Positions 16,618 through 26,050 of a stretch of DNA of 29,162 nucleotides are shown here, piece after piece. This stretch comes from a virus (lineage: Duplodnaviria > Heunggongvirae > Uroviricota > Caudoviricetes): positions 1-29,162 of IMG/VR virus record IMGVR_UViG_2563366805_000006; one strand, written 5' to 3'. The notes under the pieces were generated by a model. The model did not search any database, had not been told where the DNA came from, and saw nothing but the letters and a program-made list of their open reading frames with translations. Made by a program: the position numbers and the translations under genes. The first letter of the stretch is position 1, and the number at the start of each line of letters is the position of its first letter.

Positions 16618-17259
16618 ATGAATACGTTATCCACGATACAGGAGCTCGCGCGTGCGATTCGCAACCTCATCCGCTCAGGTGTGGTGACTGAGGTTGATAC
16701 CGTGCAGGGGCTGTGCCGCGTACAAAGCGGCGGGATCCAGACTACATGGCTGAACTGGCTGACCACCCGCGCCGGTCGTTCGCGGACGTGGTGGGCTCCC
16801 TCGGTCGGTGAGCAGGTACTGCTGCTGGCGATTGGTGGCGAGCTTGATACCGCTTTCGTGCTGCCGGGGATTTTCTCAGACGATAACCCCGCCCCGTCTG
16901 CCTCGGCGGATGCGTGGCATGTGGTGTTCCCTGATGGCGCGGTTATGGAGTATGAGCCGGAAACCGGTGCGCTGACGGTCAGTGGCATTAAGACTGCTGA
17001 TGTGACGGCATCGGAGTCCATCACCGCCACTGTGCCGGTGGTGCTTGTGAAAGCAGAAACCCGCATCACCCTCGACAGCCCGGAGGTGGTCTGCACCAAC
17101 AAACTGACGACGGCGACGCTTGAGGTGCAGAAAGGCGGCACCATGCGGGGAAACATCGAACATACTGGCGGCACGTTGAAATCAAACGGTGTGCAGGTTG
17201 ATGACCACGGTCACGGTGGCGTGCAACGGGGCGGGAGCTGGACGGAGGGCACTAAATGA
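16618..17259 (+). CDS. V: Baseplate spike/hub protein V
   Basis: 213 aa (P2 gpV 211), collinear. Confidence 0.9.
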   Translation: MNTLSTIQELARAIRNLIRSGVVTEVDTVQGLCRVQSGGIQTTWLNWLTTRAGRSRTWWAPSVGEQVLLLAIGGELDTAFVLPGIFSDDNPAPSASADAWHVVFPDGAVMEYEPETGALTVSGIKTADVTASESITATVPVVLVKAETRITLDSPEVVCTNKLTTATLEVQKGGTMRGNIEHTGGTLKSNGVQVDDHGHGGVQRGGSWTEGTK

Positions 17260-17603
17260 CGGCGCGTTATATGGGGATGAACCGCAATACCGGCCTCGCT
17301 ATCCGTGACAGTGAGCATATCAGCCAGAGCATGCGCGACATTCTGCTGACGCCGGTCGGCTCGCGGGTGATGCGTCGTGAATATGGCTCGCTTCTGTCGG
17401 CGCTGATTGATATGCCGCAAAACCCGGCGCTCAGGCTGCAAATTATGGTGGCGTGCTATTCGGCTATCCAGAAGTGGGAGCCGCGCATCAGGCTTACCGC
17501 CATCAACTTTGAGACCGGCGACGCTGGCGAAATGTATGTCGATATTACCGGGATGCGTACCGATACCGGTGCGTCAGTTTCAACCACTGTTTCACTGAGT
17601 TAA
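17256..17603 (+). CDS. W: Baseplate wedge protein W (gp25-like)
   Basis: 115 aa, identical length to P2 gpW. ATGA overlap with V. Confidence 0.9.
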   Translation: MTARYMGMNRNTGLAIRDSEHISQSMRDILLTPVGSRVMRREYGSLLSALIDMPQNPALRLQIMVACYSAIQKWEPRIRLTAINFETGDAGEMYVDITGMRTDTGASVSTTVSLS

Positions 17604-17609
17604 ATCACT

Positions 17610-18518
17610 ATGGCAACCGTTGACCTGAGTCAGTTACCCGTTCCCGATGTGGTTGAGGAACTGGACTATGAAAACATCCTTGCGGAACGCATTGCGACGC
17701 TGATTTCGCTCTATCCCGAAGACCAGCAGGAGGCCATTGCCCGGACACTGGCGCTTGAGTCAGAGCCGATTGTTAAGCTGCTGCAGGAAAACGCCTACCG
17801 TGAAGTTATCTGGCGTCAGCGGGTGAACGAAGCCGCGCAGGCGGTGACGCTGGCCTACTCCGCCGGTAACGACCTCGACGTCGTGGCCGGGAACAACAAT
17901 ACCGAACGCCTGACCATCACCCCGGCGGATGACACCACCATCCCGCCGACACCTGCCGTTATGGAATCTGATACTGACCTGCGACTGCGCACGCAACAGG
18001 CGTTTGAGGGATTGAGCGTGGCGGGTCCGGTCGGCGCATATGAGTATCACGGTCGCAGCGCCGACGGGCGGGTCGCCGACGTTTCGGTCGCAAGTCCGTC
18101 GCCAGCCTGCGTGACGATTACCGTGCTATCCCGCGAGGGTGACGGCACTGCCAGCCCTGAACTACTGGCGATTGTTGATAAAGCTCTGAACGCCGAAGAT
18201 GTGCGCCCGGTGGCTGACAGGGTGACCGTCCAGTCAGCCGAGATTGTGCCGTACCAGATTGACGCGACGCTCTACTTTTACCCCGGTCCCGAATCTGAAC
18301 CCATCAGGCAGGCATCAGAGCAGAAGCTGCAGAGCTACATCAGCGCGCAGCACCGCCTCGGGCGTGATATCCGTCTGTCAGCCATTTATGCGGCGCTGCA
18401 TGTTGAGGGGGTGCAGCGTGTCGAGCTGGCATCACCGCAGGCCGACATAGTGCTGAGTAAGTCGCAGGCGTCGAACTGTACCAAGTACCAGATAACTATC
18501 GGGGGCTCGGATGAGTGA
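17610..18518 (+). CDS. J: Baseplate protein J
   Basis: 302 aa, identical length to P2 gpJ. Confidence 0.9.
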   Translation: MATVDLSQLPVPDVVEELDYENILAERIATLISLYPEDQQEAIARTLALESEPIVKLLQENAYREVIWRQRVNEAAQAVTLAYSAGNDLDVVAGNNNTERLTITPADDTTIPPTPAVMESDTDLRLRTQQAFEGLSVAGPVGAYEYHGRSADGRVADVSVASPSPACVTITVLSREGDGTASPELLAIVDKALNAEDVRPVADRVTVQSAEIVPYQIDATLYFYPGPESEPIRQASEQKLQSYISAQHRLGRDIRLSAIYAALHVEGVQRVELASPQADIVLSKSQASNCTKYQITIGGSDE

Positions 18519-19119
18519 CCGGCTGTTACCCGTTGGCTCGTCGCCGCTGGAAGTTGCCGCCGCTGCCGCGCTCTCTGAGATTCAGCGCGTGCCGGTACCG
18601 CTGCGCACCCTGTGGAACTGGCGCACCTGCCCGGTAAACCTGCTGCCTTATCTGGCGTGGGCGCTGTCGGTCGACAGGTGGGATGAGAAGTGGCCGGAGG
18701 CGACAAAGCGCAGCGTCTGCGCGTCCTCGTTTTTCGTCCATCAGCACAAAGGCACCATCAGCGCATTGCGTCGGGTGGTTGAGCCGCTCGGCTTTCTGAT
18801 TGAAGTGCGCGAGTGGTGGCAGCTCGACGAGGAGCCAGGCACATTCCGCCTTGTTGTCGGCGTGCTCGACAGCGGCATCACTGATGAAATGTATCAGGAG
18901 CTTGAGCGTCTGATTAATGACGCCAAACCGGCAAGCCGTCACCTGACGGGGCTGGCTATCAGCCTGAGTGCGACCGGCGAGCTGTATGTCGGTGCGGGAT
19001 GCTACCACGGCGACGCGCTGACCGTTTACCCCTACACCCCCGAGGAAATTATCGTCGGCGGTGAATATCACCCGGCCTCGGCCATCCATTTGATTGATAA
19101 CCTGAGAGTGAACGCATGA
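18511..19119 (+). CDS. I: Baseplate/tail-fibre attachment protein I
   Basis: 202 aa, overlaps the J end. P2 gpI position. Confidence 0.85.
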   Translation: MSDRLLPVGSSPLEVAAAAALSEIQRVPVPLRTLWNWRTCPVNLLPYLAWALSVDRWDEKWPEATKRSVCASSFFVHQHKGTISALRRVVEPLGFLIEVREWWQLDEEPGTFRLVVGVLDSGITDEMYQELERLINDAKPASRHLTGLAISLSATGELYVGAGCYHGDALTVYPYTPEEIIVGGEYHPASAIHLIDNLRVNA

Positions 19120-20120
19120 CCGCAAAATATTTTGCCATTCTGACCAATCAGGGCGCGGCGCGGCTGGCGAACGCGGCGGCACTCGGCACCAAACTCAACC
19201 TGACGCAGATGGCCGTCGGTGATGCGAATGGTACATTGCCGACCCCTGACCCGGCGCAGACGAAGCTCATTAACCAGAAGCGCATCGCGCCGCTGAACCT
19301 GCTGAGCGTTGACCCGGCCAATACCAGCCAGATTATCGCGGAACAAATTATTCCCGAGAATGAAGGTGGTTTCTGGATCCGCGAGATTGGTCTCTATGAC
19401 GACGACGGTATTCTGATTGCCGTGGCGAACTGCCCGGAGACCTACAAGCCGCAACTGCAGGAGGGAAGCGGCCGCACGCAGACCATTCGCATGATTCTGA
19501 TTGTGTCGAGCACGTCGGCTATTACCCTGAAAATCGACCCGTCGGTCGTGCTGGCAACGCGTCAGTATGTCGACGACAAGGTTATCGAGGTGAAAGCCTA
19601 TGCCGATAGTCTGCTGGCCGCACACCTCGCCGCTGCAGACCCGCACACTCAGTACCTCAAGACAGCGGAAATTGATAAATATATTCCGGTCGGCTTTCCG
19701 CTGCCATGGCCGCAGGCAACACCGCCAGACGGCTGGCTGAAATGCAATGGCGCGGCCTTTGACAAAGCGAAATATCCAAAGCTGGCCGTCGCCTATCCAT
19801 CCGGTAGCCTGCCCGATTTGCGCGGGGAGTTTCTGCGCGGGTGGGATGACGGTAGAGGGGTGGATGCCGGGCGCGCATTGTTGAGTACGCAAGGTTTCGC
19901 TATGCAAAACATTAAAGGGTCACTGGTGGACAATCGATTCAATCAGAATCAGGCAGCGTCGGGGCCGTTTACTTTGGCCACCGGTGGGCCTGCTGATGGA
20001 TCGTCTACAGGTGTTGGTTTCGCATCGAGAATTGATTTTGATGCTTCACGAGTTGTTAATACAGCACAGGAAACTCGCCCAAGAAACATTGCATTTAACT
20101 ACATAGTGAGGGCGGCATAA
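19116..20120 (+). CDS. H: Tail fibre protein H (short variant)
   Basis: 334 aa. N-terminal MTAKYFAILTNQGAARLANA ... is the conserved P2 gpH baseplate-attachment region, but the protein is about half the length of P2 gpH. The last ~200 nt are visibly lower GC. Confidence 0.85.
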   Translation: MTAKYFAILTNQGAARLANAAALGTKLNLTQMAVGDANGTLPTPDPAQTKLINQKRIAPLNLLSVDPANTSQIIAEQIIPENEGGFWIREIGLYDDDGILIAVANCPETYKPQLQEGSGRTQTIRMILIVSSTSAITLKIDPSVVLATRQYVDDKVIEVKAYADSLLAAHLAAADPHTQYLKTAEIDKYIPVGFPLPWPQATPPDGWLKCNGAAFDKAKYPKLAVAYPSGSLPDLRGEFLRGWDDGRGVDAGRALLSTQGFAMQNIKGSLVDNRFNQNQAASGPFTLATGGPADGSSTGVGFASRIDFDASRVVNTAQETRPRNIAFNYIVRAA

Positions 20121-20716
20121 TGGCGAAAGCAACACTGAACAAAAATGGAATTGCGACGAAAGCCGGTGATATGACCGTCTATAACTACGATGGTGAAACG
20201 CGCGAGTATCTGTCGACTTCTGTCGAATATCTTGCTGTGGGGGTGGGTATTCCGGCCAATTCCTGCACCGATGAGCCGGTCGATGAAAAGGCGGGGTATG
20301 CCATTTGCCGCACGGTCAGTTTTGACGGGTGGGATTATGTTATCGACCACCGGGGCGAGACTGTGTATGACACGGAAACCGGCCAGCCTGTCGAGATAAC
20401 CGGGCTCGGTGATTACCCTGATAATGTGACCACCATCGAACCACTGACGCCTTATGACCGCTGGAACGGTAGCGAATGGGTTACGGATGCGGATGCACAG
20501 AAAAGCGGTCAGATGCTGGAAGCGGAGCAGCAAAAATCCGCATTTCTGGCCGAAGCGCAAAGCACTATCAGCCTGTGGCAGACCGAGCTGCAGCTCGGCA
20601 TCATCAGTGACGATGACAAGGCCAGCCTGATTGCGTGGATGAAATACATTCAGGCGCTGAACGCGGTCGACACCTCAACGGCACCGGATATCGAGTGGCC
20701 GGTTAAACCAGAATAA
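20120..20716 (+). CDS. G: Tail fibre assembly chaperone G
   Basis: 198 aa. ATGG overlap with the H stop. Conserved Tfa C-terminal region LIAWMKYIQALNAVDTS. Confidence 0.8.
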   Translation: MAKATLNKNGIATKAGDMTVYNYDGETREYLSTSVEYLAVGVGIPANSCTDEPVDEKAGYAICRTVSFDGWDYVIDHRGETVYDTETGQPVEITGLGDYPDNVTTIEPLTPYDRWNGSEWVTDADAQKSGQMLEAEQQKSAFLAEAQSTISLWQTELQLGIISDDDKASLIAWMKYIQALNAVDTSTAPDIEWPVKPE

Positions 20717-20721
20717 CGCAA

Positions 20722-20746
20722 GGCGGGCTGATGCCCGTCTTTTTTA
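20722..20746 (+). terminator. Rho-independent terminator after G
   Basis: Hairpin CGGGC-TGAT-GCCCG followed by TCTTTTTTAT, 6 nt after the G stop. Confidence 0.5.
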
Positions 20747-20847
20747 TGATTTGTTTATGTGTCATCCGCTACCCATCGCCGACAAATAGCTCCTCACCAG
20801 ACCAGCCAGGACAATAACACTCGCCCACTAACCACGGAGTTAACCGG

Positions 20848-22035
20848 ATGAGTGATTTTCACCACGGCGTGCAGGTGCTTGAGATTAACGACGGCACCCG
20901 CGTCATTTCCACTGTCGCAACCGCAATCGTCGGCATGGTCTGCACGGCCAGCGATGCAGATGCCGAAACATTCCCCCTCAATGAGCCGGTACTGATTACC
21001 AATGTGCAGAGCGCCATTGCGAAAGCCGGTAAAAAAGGCACGCTGGCTGCATCCCTGCAGGCTATCGCCGACCAGTCAAAACCCGTCACCGTTGTCGTGC
21101 GCGTTGCCGAAGGTGTCGACGATGACCCGGATGCAGCTCAGGCGCAGACCATTTCTAACATCATCGGCGGCACGGATGAGAACGGTAAATACACCGGTAT
21201 CAAGGCGCTGTTGACTGCCGAAGCAGTCACCGGCGTTAAGCCGCGCATTCTCGGCGTGCCGGGTCTCGATACGCAGGAAGTTGCAACCGCACTCGCATCG
21301 GTCTGTATCAGCCTGCGCGCCTTTGGCTATGTCAGCGCATGGGGCTGTAAGACCATTTCCGAGGCGATGGCCTATCGCGAGAATTTCAGTCAGCGCGAGC
21401 TGATGGTCATCTGGCCTGACTTCCTCGCATGGGACACCACAACTAACGCCACCGCAACAGCCTACGCCACCGCTCGCGCGCTCGGCCTGCGCGCCTACAT
21501 CGACCAGACTGTCGGCTGGCATAAAACCCTGTCTAACGTCGGCGTGCAGGGTGTCACCGGCATCAGTGCCTCAGTGTTTTGGGATTTGCAGGCATCCGGC
21601 ACTGACGCTGACCTGCTCAACGAGGCCGGGGTCACGACGCTGGTGCGCAAGGATGGTTTCCGCTTCTGGGGTAACCGCACCTGCTCTGATGACCCGCTTT
21701 TCCTGTTCGAGAACTACACCCGCACCGCGCAGGTGCTGGCCGACACGATGGCCGAGGCTCACATGTGGGCGGTCGATAAGCCCATCACCGCATCGCTCAT
21801 CCGCGACATTGTCGACGGCATTAACGCCAAATTCCGCGAGCTGAAATCAAACGGCTACATCGTGGACGGTGAATGCTGGTTCGACGAGGAATCGAACGAT
21901 AAGGAAACCCTCAAGGCCGGGAAACTGTATATCGACTACGACTATACACCGGTTCCACCACTGGAAAGCCTGACCCTGCGCCAGCGTATCACCGATAAAT
22001 ATCTGGTAAATCTGGCCGAATCGGTCAACAGCTAA
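20848..22035 (+). CDS. FI: Tail sheath protein FI
   Basis: 395 aa (P2 FI 396), collinear. Confidence 0.95.
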   Translation: MSDFHHGVQVLEINDGTRVISTVATAIVGMVCTASDADAETFPLNEPVLITNVQSAIAKAGKKGTLAASLQAIADQSKPVTVVVRVAEGVDDDPDAAQAQTISNIIGGTDENGKYTGIKALLTAEAVTGVKPRILGVPGLDTQEVATALASVCISLRAFGYVSAWGCKTISEAMAYRENFSQRELMVIWPDFLAWDTTTNATATAYATARALGLRAYIDQTVGWHKTLSNVGVQGVTGISASVFWDLQASGTDADLLNEAGVTTLVRKDGFRFWGNRTCSDDPLFLFENYTRTAQVLADTMAEAHMWAVDKPITASLIRDIVDGINAKFRELKSNGYIVDGECWFDEESNDKETLKAGKLYIDYDYTPVPPLESLTLRQRITDKYLVNLAESVNS

Positions 22036-22050
22036 GGAGCCTGAAACAAC

Positions 22051-22569
22051 ATGGCACTACCCCGCAAACTTAAATATCTGAACATGTTCAATGACGGCCT
22101 TAGCTACATGGGCGTTGTTGAATCCGTGACGCTGCCGAAGCTGACCCGCAAGCTCGAAAACTATCGCGGCGGCGGTATGAATGGTGCGGCGGCGATTGAC
22201 CTCGGTCTCGACGATGATGCGCTCACCGTCGAGTGGTCTGTCGGTGGCCTGCCTGATGTGGCTCTGTGGGCGCAGTACGCCGCGCCTGGTGCTGACGCTG
22301 TGCCGCTGCGTTTTGCTGGTTCTTACCAGCGCGACGACACCGGCGAAATCATCGCGGTCGAGGTGGTCATGCGTGGCCGTCATAAAGAAATCGACGGCGG
22401 CGAAAATAAGCAGGGTGAAAACACCTCGACCAAACTGTCGACCGTTTGCACCTATTACCGCCTGACGATTGATGGTAGCGACGTCATCGAAATCGACACC
22501 GTCAACATGGTCGAGAAGGTGAACGGCGTCGACCGTCTGGAACAGCACCGCCGCGCAATCGGGCTGTAA
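22051..22569 (+). CDS. FII: Tail tube protein FII
   Basis: 172 aa, identical length to P2 FII. Confidence 0.95.
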   Translation: MALPRKLKYLNMFNDGLSYMGVVESVTLPKLTRKLENYRGGGMNGAAAIDLGLDDDALTVEWSVGGLPDVALWAQYAAPGADAVPLRFAGSYQRDDTGEIIAVEVVMRGRHKEIDGGENKQGENTSTKLSTVCTYYRLTIDGSDVIEIDTVNMVEKVNGVDRLEQHRRAIGL

Positions 22570-22631
22570 TTACCTGACCGGTCAGAATGGCTGGCCGGTT
22601 ATTAATCCCCTTTCAGAGCAGAGAAAAAATC

Positions 22632-22967
22632 ATGGCTAAAGCACCACGTAAAACCGCTGAATTTGTTGATACGGATGGCAATGAAATTGACACCGTAAAC
22701 CCGAACATCGTGACCCTCGACAAGCCGATTAAGCGCGCCGGTCAGACGATTGATAAAGTCACCCTGATTGAGCCGAACGCCGGTACCCTGCGCGGCGTCA
22801 GTCTGGCGGCGGTGGCGCAGTCCGAGGTCGATGCGCTGATTAAAGTGCTGCCCCGCATGACCTATCCCGCGCTCACCACGCAGGAGCTAACCGCGATGAA
22901 CCTGCCCGATATGCTGTCGCTGGCCGCTAAGGTGATTGGTTTTTTGTCACCGGCTTCGGCGGAGTAG
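22632..22967 (+). CDS. E: Tail assembly chaperone E
   Basis: 111 aa from MAKAPRKT. The upstream ATG at 22587 lies inside a hairpin and has no RBS. Confidence 0.7.
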   Translation: MAKAPRKTAEFVDTDGNEIDTVNPNIVTLDKPIKRAGQTIDKVTLIEPNAGTLRGVSLAAVAQSEVDALIKVLPRMTYPALTTQELTAMNLPDMLSLAAKVIGFLSPASAE

Positions 22968-23119
22968 ATTTCCCGCCCGACCTGTCGACCGATGACCTGA
23001 TGGCGGATATCGCGGTGATATTCCACTGGCCGCCATCAGAGCTCTATTCCCTGAGCCTGACCGAGCTCATCACATGGCGCGAAAAGGCGCTACAGCGTAG
23101 CGGAAACCACAATGAGTAA
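22632..23119 (+). CDS. E': E+E' frameshift fusion (programmed -1 frameshift near the end of E)
   Basis: Slippery heptamer T_TTT_TTG at 22940-22946 in the E zero frame. The -1 frame is open from there to TAA at 23117-23119, overlapping the T start. Confidence 0.6.
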
Positions 23120-25553
23120 TAACCTGAGGCTTGAGGTATTGCTGAAAGCGGTCGACCAGGCGACCCGACCGCTTAAATCCATCCAGACCGCGAGTAAAAG
23201 CCTGTCGGGCGATATTCGCAACACACAAAAAGGGCTGCGTGACCTGAACGGTCAGGCATCAAAAATCGACGGCTTTCGTAAGGCAAGCGCACAACTGGCC
23301 GTGACCAGTCAGGCACTTGATAAGGCGAAACGAGAAGCCGGTGAGCTGGCCGTGCAATTTAAAAATACCACCAGTCCGACCCGGGCGCAGGCGCAGGCAC
23401 TCGAAGCGGCAAAGCGTGCCGCCTCTGAACTGCAGACGAAATACAACAGCCTGAGAACGTCGGTACAGCGCCAGCGCTCCGAACTGATGCAGGCAGGTAT
23501 TAACACCCGCACCCTGTCTGCCGATGAGCGTCGGCTCAAAACCTCCATCAGCGAAACGACGGCGCAGCTTAATCGACAGCGCGAGGCACTGGCGCGCGTC
23601 AGTGCGCAGCAGGCGAAATTAAGCCGGGTTAAAGCCCGATACCAGTCAGGCAAAGAGCTTGCCGGTAACGCTGCAGCGGCTGGTGCTGCTGGAGTCGGCG
23701 TGGCAACCGCCGGAGTTGTTGCCGGTGTCGGAATGCTCAGACCCGGTTACGACTTCTCGTTAAAAAACTCTGAGCTGCAGGCGGTGCTTGGTCTTGAAAA
23801 GAAATCACCGGAAATGGACGCGCTGAGAAAACAGGCACGTCAGCTCGGGGATAATACAGCGGCCTCGTCTGACGATGCGGCTGCGGCACAGGTCATTGTA
23901 GCTAAATCTGGCGCTGATAAAGATGGGATTCTGGCGCAAACCCCCGCCATTCTGAATATGTCGCTGGCGAATAAAAAAACCATGGAGGAAAACGCCACCT
24001 TACTTATCGGGACAAAATCGGCGTTTGGGCTTGCCGACGATAAGGCGTCGCATATCGCTGACGTTATATCGATGGCGATAAATAAATCTCAGGCCAGCTT
24101 TGAGGGTTTAAGCGACTCGCTGACCTATGTCGGTCCGGTCGCGAAAGATGCAGGGGTTAGCCTGGAAGAAACCGCCGCGATGCTGGGTGCGTTACATGAT
24201 GGAAAAATCACAGGCTCAATGGCGGGTACTGGTGGTCGTGCGGTGTTAAGTCGTCTACAGGCACCCATAGGAAAAGCCTATGATGCCATTAAAGAACTTG
24301 GCGTTAAGACGATGGATAAAAAGGGCAATACGCGGCCAATATTTACCATCCTGAAAGAAATACAGGCCAGCTTTAAGCGCAACAACCTCGGTACAGGTCA
24401 AAAAGCCGAATACATGAAAACGATATTCGGTGAGGAGGCAAGCTCTGCTGCCAGCATATTAATGGCAGCGGCGGCCAGTGGGAAACTGGATAACCTGACC
24501 AGGATAATTAAGGATTCTGACGGAAAAACCGAAGAGCTGGTTAAGGTTATGCAGGATAACCTCGGCGGCGACTTCAAAGAGTTTCAGTCTGCCTATGAGG
24601 CGGTCGGTACTGACCTCTATGACCAGCAGGAGGAATCATTACGTAAGCTCACCCAGACGGCCACGCGGTATGTGTTAAAACTCGATAACTGGATAAAAGA
24701 TAATAAAGAACTGGCGCAGACTATCGGCATCATTGCCGGTGGTGCGCTGGCTCTGATTGGCATCATCGGCGGCATTGGTCTCGTTGCGTGGCCGGTTGTC
24801 ATGGGGATTAACGCCATTATTGCCGCCGCTGGAGTGATGGGAACAGTCTTTACTGTCGCCGGTACTGCCATTGTGTCCGCACTCGGTGCGATTACCTGGC
24901 CGATTGTGGCCGTGGGTGCTGCGATTGTGGCCGGTGCGTTACTTATCCGTAAATACTGGGAGCCCATCAGCGCATTTTTCTCGGGGGTGATTGAGGGCAT
25001 CATGAGCGCCTTTGCACCGGTCGGGGAAATGTTCGCTCCACTGGCGCCCATTTTTGACGGACTCGGTGAGAAACTGCGCGGCGTCTGGCAATGGTTTAAA
25101 GACTTGATTGCGCCGGTCAAGGCCACGCAGGAGACGCTTGATAGCTGCAAAAATGTCGGTGTCATATTTGGTCAGGCACTGGCCGATGCGCTGATGTTAC
25201 CTCTGAATATTTTCAATAAGCTGCGTGGTGGTCTCGATGTAATTCTCGAAAAGCTCGGCCTTGTTAAAAAGGAATCGAGCAGTATTGATACGGAAACGGC
25301 AAAAACGCCGCCGGTTGGTCAGGGTGGAGGGTATATTCCGACAACCAGCTCGCTTGGTGGGTATCAGGCTTATCAGCCTGTCACGGCTCCCACCGGTCGT
25401 ACCTACATTGACCAGAGCAGCCCAACCTATCAAATCAACCTGCCGGGTGGCGGCGCGCCGGGTGGTCAATTGGGTAACCAGTTGCAGGATGCGTTAGAAA
25501 AATATGAACGCGACAAGCGAGCCAAAGCCCGCGCTAGCATGATGCATGATTAA
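23112..25553 (+). CDS. T: Tail tape-measure protein T
   Basis: 813 aa (P2 gpT about 815). Coiled-coil N-terminus, Gly/Ala-rich hydrophobic central segments. Confidence 0.9.
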   Translation: MSNNLRLEVLLKAVDQATRPLKSIQTASKSLSGDIRNTQKGLRDLNGQASKIDGFRKASAQLAVTSQALDKAKREAGELAVQFKNTTSPTRAQAQALEAAKRAASELQTKYNSLRTSVQRQRSELMQAGINTRTLSADERRLKTSISETTAQLNRQREALARVSAQQAKLSRVKARYQSGKELAGNAAAAGAAGVGVATAGVVAGVGMLRPGYDFSLKNSELQAVLGLEKKSPEMDALRKQARQLGDNTAASSDDAAAAQVIVAKSGADKDGILAQTPAILNMSLANKKTMEENATLLIGTKSAFGLADDKASHIADVISMAINKSQASFEGLSDSLTYVGPVAKDAGVSLEETAAMLGALHDGKITGSMAGTGGRAVLSRLQAPIGKAYDAIKELGVKTMDKKGNTRPIFTILKEIQASFKRNNLGTGQKAEYMKTIFGEEASSAASILMAAAASGKLDNLTRIIKDSDGKTEELVKVMQDNLGGDFKEFQSAYEAVGTDLYDQQEESLRKLTQTATRYVLKLDNWIKDNKELAQTIGIIAGGALALIGIIGGIGLVAWPVVMGINAIIAAAGVMGTVFTVAGTAIVSALGAITWPIVAVGAAIVAGALLIRKYWEPISAFFSGVIEGIMSAFAPVGEMFAPLAPIFDGLGEKLRGVWQWFKDLIAPVKATQETLDSCKNVGVIFGQALADALMLPLNIFNKLRGGLDVILEKLGLVKKESSSIDTETAKTPPVGQGGGYIPTTSSLGGYQAYQPVTAPTGRTYIDQSSPTYQINLPGGGAPGGQLGNQLQDALEKYERDKRAKARASMMHD

Positions 25554-25561
25554 GGAGGCTG

Positions 25562-26050
25562 ATGATGATGCTTGCTCTTGGAATGTTTGTGTTTGAACGT
25601 CGCACCCTGCCTTATCAGTCGATGCAGCACTCGAAGGATTACCGCTGGGCGTCTAATGACAGAGTAGGTAAACCGCCTGCGTATCAGTTTCTCGGTAAGG
25701 GGGAAAACGCGATCCAGCTTGCCGGTACGCTTTACCCTGCTATTACCGGCGGTCGTATATCCCTGCTTGCCGTTGAGCTGATGGCCGACGAGGGCAGAGC
25801 ATGGCCGCTTATTGAGGGAACCGGCAATATCTTCGGAATGTATATCGTTGATAAGGTATCGACCACGCATACCGAGTTTTTCAGCGACGGCGCGGCCAGA
25901 AAGATTGATTTCACCCTTTCGCTGAAACGGGTCGATGAATCACTGACGGCAATGTTTGGCGACCTGAATAAGCAGGCCAGCGAGCTACTCGGCTCGGCCG
26001 GTAATCTGACTGATAAGCTGCAGGGTGTGCTCGGAGGGCTGACCGCATGA
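25562..26050 (+). CDS. U: Tail protein U
   Basis: 162 aa. MMMLALGMFVFERRTLPYQSMQ closely matches the P2 gpU N-terminus. Confidence 0.9.
   Translation: MMMLALGMFVFERRTLPYQSMQHSKDYRWASNDRVGKPPAYQFLGKGENAIQLAGTLYPAITGGRISLLAVELMADEGRAWPLIEGTGNIFGMYIVDKVSTTHTEFFSDGAARKIDFTLSLKRVDESLTAMFGDLNKQASELLGSAGNLTDKLQGVLGGLTA

Noticed and set aside
22587-22631. Upstream ATG extending gene E by 15 codons
   Set aside because: It lies within the post-FII hairpin and has no RBS; the ATG at 22632 is preferred.
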